Source: the human T2T-CHM13v2.0 reference genome, Homo sapiens
Length of the DNA stretch: 64,000 bases
Strand: one strand, 5' to 3'
Assembly (NCBI RefSeq): GCF_009914755.1
Contig: NC_060932.1
Shown in pieces: positions 58,421 to 64,000 of this stretch. The translations under genes were made by a program, and so were the position numbers. Every line of letters begins with the position of its first letter. Within the stretch, counting starts at the first letter, position 1. Below the pieces are notes generated by a model. The model saw only the letters and a list, made by a program, of their open reading frames with translations, did no database searches and was not told the DNA's origin.

Positions 58421-60453
58421 TTTTAATAGGTACCATATATTTTTCTTTCTTCCCCGTTGTGCACTTCTACACTGAGCCATGGTGCAAAGCAGCATGTTTT
58501 CAGATCCTGTCTAAATGGTACTATTATTGATAGCCTTATTTGGTCTCAACTGGAACTTTGATTACACAATATTAAACATAAGAATTTTTCAATGTTTGTT
58601 AGATCAGACATGCACAAAGCCACCTCATCCCTTCGCAAAAAGTCCCCTCCCCTCCACTAGTTGCTTGAGTACAATGGCTGATTTGTCCTCTCTGGCTTGA
58701 GGGATATTTTGTAATGTCTGGCATCACAAAGCACTCCTCATGAAAGCACCAGACATCAATTGCCCAATTTTCTACCAGATTTTTCCACAGTAACTCTTTC
58801 ACACTTGGAACCAAAGTGTGATGCCACATTGCTGGCATTTTATAGTAGCCTGTGGGAACCATTCTAGTCAGCATTATATGGGCCAGTACTTTTGTGAGGG
58901 CTGCCTGTCAGGTGTAATCAATCAGCAGCTTGAGCATTTCTTTTAGCCTCAATGATCTGCCTTGTTGTATGGATTCACACTTTTATCATAGTCACCTTCT
59001 TAGAAAGCATTAAAACACCTACAAATTCTTAAATGAGCTGATTATTTTTCACTTTTTTCACTAGGATTTCTACAGAGGTTAAAGAAAACAAAAAACTCAT
59101 TTTTTCAGTATTCCAAAATCATGGACTACTCCAAAGGCATACTACTCTCAGTATATGTCTTAACTCTATTATTACTCACTAGTTGGCAAAGCTCTGGTGA
59201 CCATGATAAGTTCTGCCCGGCAGATTTTTCCTCTAGTAAGATGTCATATTCTAGGCAACAATCAGTTGAACGCATTGCTTATGCTCTTCATGTTTCGAGA
59301 CTCCACAACCTAATTGGTGGGCTGCCTATAGTCTGAAAAATATGCATTTCCTAGTAGACAAAAGGTTTGAAGAGGAGATCTTTTCCACAGTCAGACTCTC
59401 ACTAGACAAAACAAGGTAAGTGTGGGTAAAGTTTTCATAAGGTTTTTAATAAGTGACTGAAGGCAAAATGTATCCAAAGAATGCTATTCTGAGGAGAAAG
59501 CTTCTGAATTTCTTAGGTCCCAGGACTGTCTTAAAGAATGGATTTAACAGGCCCTATACTGGACCTCTTCCCTATGAATTTACTATAGCAGAATCATAAC
59601 AAATAAGGAGAAGGATAGACAGAGAAAATAATGTTATTACTAGCAAGGCAGTTTTCCAATAAGCAAAAAACTTTTAAATCTGATTACATAATAAAAGGAT
59701 TCTTAAAAGAGATCTAATTTCTGAGGAAACAAAATAACCTTAGCATTTGGGAGCTCAACGAAAAGGAAATCATAGGTCAGACCCAAGGTGAAACATCTCA
59801 TACTGTAGTGTGAGATAGCATAGCCCAAACAGGAGGCTCAAGGAACCTTGGTGAAGCACACTGTTTTTGAGTTGAGCGTCTTGAGTTGCTGCAATGAAGA
59901 TTTCTTGAATGGATCTTGGTAGAACTTTCACATTGTTGAATTTCCAAAAATATCACCAAAGTTTAATTAAGCAAAGCTGCATTTATTAGAATTTACTATG
60001 GCAAAGTAAAATTTCACTTCTACATTTTTAGAAATCAAGTATACAGAAAAGAAAGTGGTATGCTTCAAAGATCTTCAATTTGCTAACCTCTACCTTTAGT
60101 GTCTCTCTCTCTCTCTTTCTCAACATACCTGGAGGTAAAGTCCTCTGGACATGTATGACTCTCTTTTAAATATGTTCTTGATTAGGAAAATGAGGTCTTT
60201 TGTGAATTCAGACCTGTGCATATCTGGTCACATAAAATTGCACCAGACAAGGCAGCTACATCACACACTTGCAATGCTAAATGAAATACCAAGTGAGGCT
60301 CAGTTGCCCATGCTAGACACATATTCTTGTCATCTCTTGCTAGCCAGTAAATGGTGAAATAACAAATATGTGCATAACATGCCACCCAAGATACCTTACC
60401 TCTTTAGCTCTAATAATATTTGCTTTATATATCTGGGTGCTCCAGTGTTGGGT

Positions 60454-60456
<3 letters not shown>

Positions 60457-60499
<43 letters not shown>
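60457..60499 (+). repeat. (TG)~21 microsatellite
   Basis: Direct reading. Confidence 0.96.
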
Positions 60500-60503
<4 letters not shown>

Positions 60504-61774
60504 CTGAAGCATAGTTATGACCTCTTGCTGAACTGATTCCTTTATCATTATCATTATGTAATGCCTTTCCAGCTTCTTTTATGTTTTTTGACTTAAAGTC
60601 TTTTTTGTTTGATATAAGCATGGCTACTCTTACGCACTTTTGATTTCTTTTTGTGTGGAATATCTTTTTCCTTCCATTCACTTTCAGTTTTTGTGTGTCT
60701 TTACAGGTGAAGTGAATTTCTTGTAGGCAGTATATAGTTAGGTCTTGTTTTTTATCCACTTAGACAGTCTATATATTTTAATTCAGAAACTTAAACTACT
60801 TACATTCAAGGTTGTTATTGATAAGCGAGGACTTACTCTTATCATTTTGTTAAATTTTTTTCTGGTTGTTTATGTATCCTTTGTTTCTTTGTCTCTTTTT
60901 ATTTATCTTTGTGGTTTAGTGATTTTCCATATTACTAAAGTTTGATTCCTTTCTTTTTCTCATTTGTGTACCTGTTTTACCAGTGAGTTTTACACTTTCA
61001 TGTGTTTTCATTATGATAGATATCATCTTTTCTCTTTCAAATGTGTGACTACCTTAACATTTCTTGTATAGAGAGTCTAGTGGTAATGACAAGCTTGTGC
61101 TTTTCTGGGAAAGAATTTATTTCTTCTTCATTTCTGAAAGATAGCTTTATCAGCTATGGTATTATTGCCTATGAATTTCTTTCTTTTAGCATTTTGTATA
61201 TATCACCTTATTCTCTTCTAGCCCATAAGGTTTCTGCTGAGAAATTTGTTTGTCTGAAGAGGATTCTCTTATATATGACTTGATGCTTTTCTCTTGCTGC
61301 TTTTAGAATTCTCTGTCTTTTAATTTTGACAGTTTGCCTATAACGTGCCTTGTAGAAAACTTTTTTAAGTTGAATCTATTTGGGAAGCTTTGCACTTTGT
61401 GTATCTGGAAGTCCATATCTCTCCCAAGACTAGGGAAAGTTTCAGCTATTATTTTGTTAAATAGGTTTTCTATGCCTTTCCCACCTCTTCTGCTTCTGAA
61501 ACTCCCACAACACAAAACTTTGTTTGCTTAATGGTGTCCCACATGTCACATAGGCTTTCTTCATTCTTTTTCATCCTTTTTCTTTTTCTTTTTTTGTGTT
61601 CAATGGTTATTTTTAAAAGACATGTTTTCACATTTAGAAATGCTTTCTTCTACTTGATCTAGTCTATTGTTGAAGCTCTCAACTGGATTTTTTGTTTAAT
61701 TCCTTGAATTATTCACTTCCAACATTTCTGTTTGGTTCTTTTTTATGATATCTATCTCTTTTTTGAATGTCTTA

Positions 61775-62050
61775 ATTTTTATATTTTTGTTATGTGTACA
61801 TAGTAGTTGTATATATTTATGGGGTACCCGAGATATATTGATATAGGCATACAATGTATAATAATCACATCACGGTAAATAGGGTATTCACCACCTCAAG
61901 CATTTATCATTTCTTTGTGTTATGAACATTCCAATTATACTGTTATTTTCAAATGTACAATAAATTATTGTCACCCTGTTGTGCTATCAAATACTAGATC
62001 TTATTCATTCTAACTTTATTTTTGTACCCATTAACCACCATCACTTTTCC
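61775..62050 (-). mobile_element. L1MA2/3 3'-end fragment nested in the older L1
   Basis: TATATATTTATGGGGTAC...AGGCATACAATG...CACCTCAAGCATTTATC...TTTTGTACCCATTAACCA. Confidence 0.85.
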
Positions 62051-63636
62051 TGCTGAATCTTATTAGATCATAAATTGTTTTCTTGATTTTGTTGGTATTA
62101 TTTTGAATTCCATATCAGGCATTCCATACATTTCCTTTTCTTTGGGGCATGTTACTAGATAATTATTGTGTTCTTTTGGAGATGTTACATTTCCTTCTTT
62201 TTTTTTTTGGCTTCTTGTGGCCCTATGTTTATATCTGAACTTCTGGTGAAATAGTTACTTCTCCCAACTTTATGAAGCAGCTTTCATAATGAGAGACCTT
62301 TTCCTGTAAATGTGTCCTATAGTGTTGGTTAGGTAGGGTGCTTGGTTTTGTTTCTGGGTGGATGCAGTAGTGTAGTCTCTGTATGATTTCTTTGGCCATA
62401 ACCAATAACAGCAGTGTCTGCAAATGCCTCAGTGGTGTAGGCTGTGGTTGCTTGTGGAGGCTATGATGTGGCTTTGTTGAGGATGAGGACACTGGGAAGG
62501 TAGATCCTTCAGGTCCCTGAGAGGCATGCACAGGTGTGAAATAGCTATGCTGCTGGAAGGGATAGGGTTGTCAATGGTGGTAGTAGCAAGAACCAGGCAG
62601 ACCAGACCTTGGACCTCTGGGTGCCATGCAGGTGGATAGCAGCCCCACTGTTGAGGAAGTTAGTGTTGCTGGTGGTGGCAGTAGTAAGCCCCATGTAGGC
62701 TGATCTTCAGGCTCCCATGTGGTTCTGCTGCTAAAGGGACAAAGTTACCTGGCAGTGGGGCAGCAGGCCTTGCATGAGCTGGTTGTTGGGCCCTGGTGAT
62801 CCCATCCCATCATTGAACAGGGCAGGGTTGCTGACAATAGTGAGCTGGCTGTGGGCAAGCCAGTTTTCACCCCTGGGTGGTTCTACTGCTGAGAGGGACA
62901 GAGTTGCTGGCGGTAAGGGCAGCAGGCCCCAGGTGGGCAGCTCTCAGTCTCTGAGGAGATCACATACTGGTTCCCACTGTCTTGAGGGCAGCTTTCCTGC
63001 TGTGCTGGACCTCTTGTTCCCCAGAGTACAGGGCACTGTGTGGGCTTGGGTCCCAAGGTCATGACTGCATCACTGGTGTCAAAATACTGCAGCCCTCTGG
63101 GTAGATGTGCTATCATGTCAGTGGTGCCCCAGGGATATGGAGATGCAAGGGCTATTAGGCCCCTGGGCAGGGTGCAGTCTTGTGTTTGCTTCTCTCTCAA
63201 AATGGCACCAGGCTGCAGTAACATGTGTGTCAGTGAGTTGGGAGGACCCAGAGTAAATTTCTTCTGTGGAATAATATAGTTTTGTGGACTCCAGGCAGCT
63301 CCCTATATATTGTGTTCGGGGCCTACTAGAAAGCTATTGGGCTTTCTTATAACTAGGACTGCAGGAATCTGTAGTAAGAGTGTGGACTGCTGAGGATCTC
63401 TTCCCTGCCTTCTCCCTGAATGAGTTCTTCCAGTTAATCCTGGCAATTTGTTTGCTTTGCTCTCTATGGTCCTATCCCAAGCCTCCATGCCTCAGAGAGT
63501 CTCTGTCACTTCCTTGCTAAATTCTAGTGTTCTCTAGACACTCTATTCAACATGTGGTTATCTATTTGTTTTTTTGGTCCTTCCTTTTTAGGGAGGTTAG
63601 TGCTGAGCACCTTTAGTCAGCCATCTTGATATAAGC

Positions 63637-63715
63637 ATCAAAAACATCTGTATTGAATGCCTACTACATGCCAGGTATCAAAAACATCTGTATTGAATGC
63701 CTACTACATGCCAGG
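63637..63715 (+). repeat. Perfect 39-bp tandem duplication inside an L2 3' end
   Basis: ATCAAAAACATCTGTATTGAATGCCTACTACATGCCAGG twice, 1-nt spacer. Confidence 0.97.
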
Positions 63716-63771
63716 AACTGTTCTAGGAGTCAGAGACATAGCAGTAACAATCAGAAAAATGTCCCTGTCTT

Positions 63772-64000
63772 GACATGGCTGAAGCTGGAAGCCATCATCT
63801 TAAGCAAACTAACACAAGAATAAAAAACCAAATACCACGTGTTCTCACTCATAAGTGGGAGTTGAACAATCAGAACAGATGGGCACAGGGAGGGGAACAA
63901 CACACACTGGAGCCAGGAGGGGTGAGGGGTGGGTGGCAAGGGGAGGGAGAACATCAGGACAAATAGCTAATGCATGTGGGGCTTAAAGGGTTGGTAGGTA
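63772..64000 (+). mobile_element. L1PA11-13-like 3'UTR fragment, runs off the window
   Basis: GAAGCTGGAAGCCATCATC...GGGAGAACATCAGGACAAATAGCTAATGCATGTGGGGCTTAA. Confidence 0.88.

Larger units (their letters stand above)
60395..63629 (-). mobile_element. Old L1 (L1MA-like) 5' half: 5'UTR, ORF1 and ORF2 endonuclease start
   Basis: Minus ORFs ICYLQE-like IYCLQEIHF...KVNGRKKIFH (endonuclease) and ENLFNKIIAETFPSLGRDMDFQ (ORF1); 5' end TCAAGATGGCTGACT. Confidence 0.9.

Overview
Human non-coding, AT-rich, repeat-dense DNA (intergenic or deep intronic); an intact AluYa5 supports a human origin. I found no credible protein-coding gene, RNA gene, CpG-island promoter or CRISPR array. The long ORFs are LINE-1 ORF2/ORF1 relics or read-through of Alu, LTR or microsatellite sequence. 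Contents: many L1 pieces (L1PA3 to old L1M), four Alus and a FLAM, a two-LTR THE1A provirus, a broken MLT1 provirus, solo LTRs (MER50, THE1D, MLT1, MLT2), hAT/Tigger MITEs, L2, MIR, CR1 and microsatellites. I cannot support a new biological system. Best leads: an L1 inversion junction centred on a quasi-palindrome; substitutions shared between neighbouring L1PA copies; a probably polymorphic AluYa5; a CpG-retaining MER50 LTR; an Alu-tail (AAAGG)23 with a long purine tract; a short L1 3' transduction; tail-less L1 junctions suggesting deletions; a strong CTCF motif; candidate TALE/HOX and AP-1/YY1 enhancer motifs. Repeat subfamily calls rest on recalled consensus sequences, and boundaries of old repeats are approximate.
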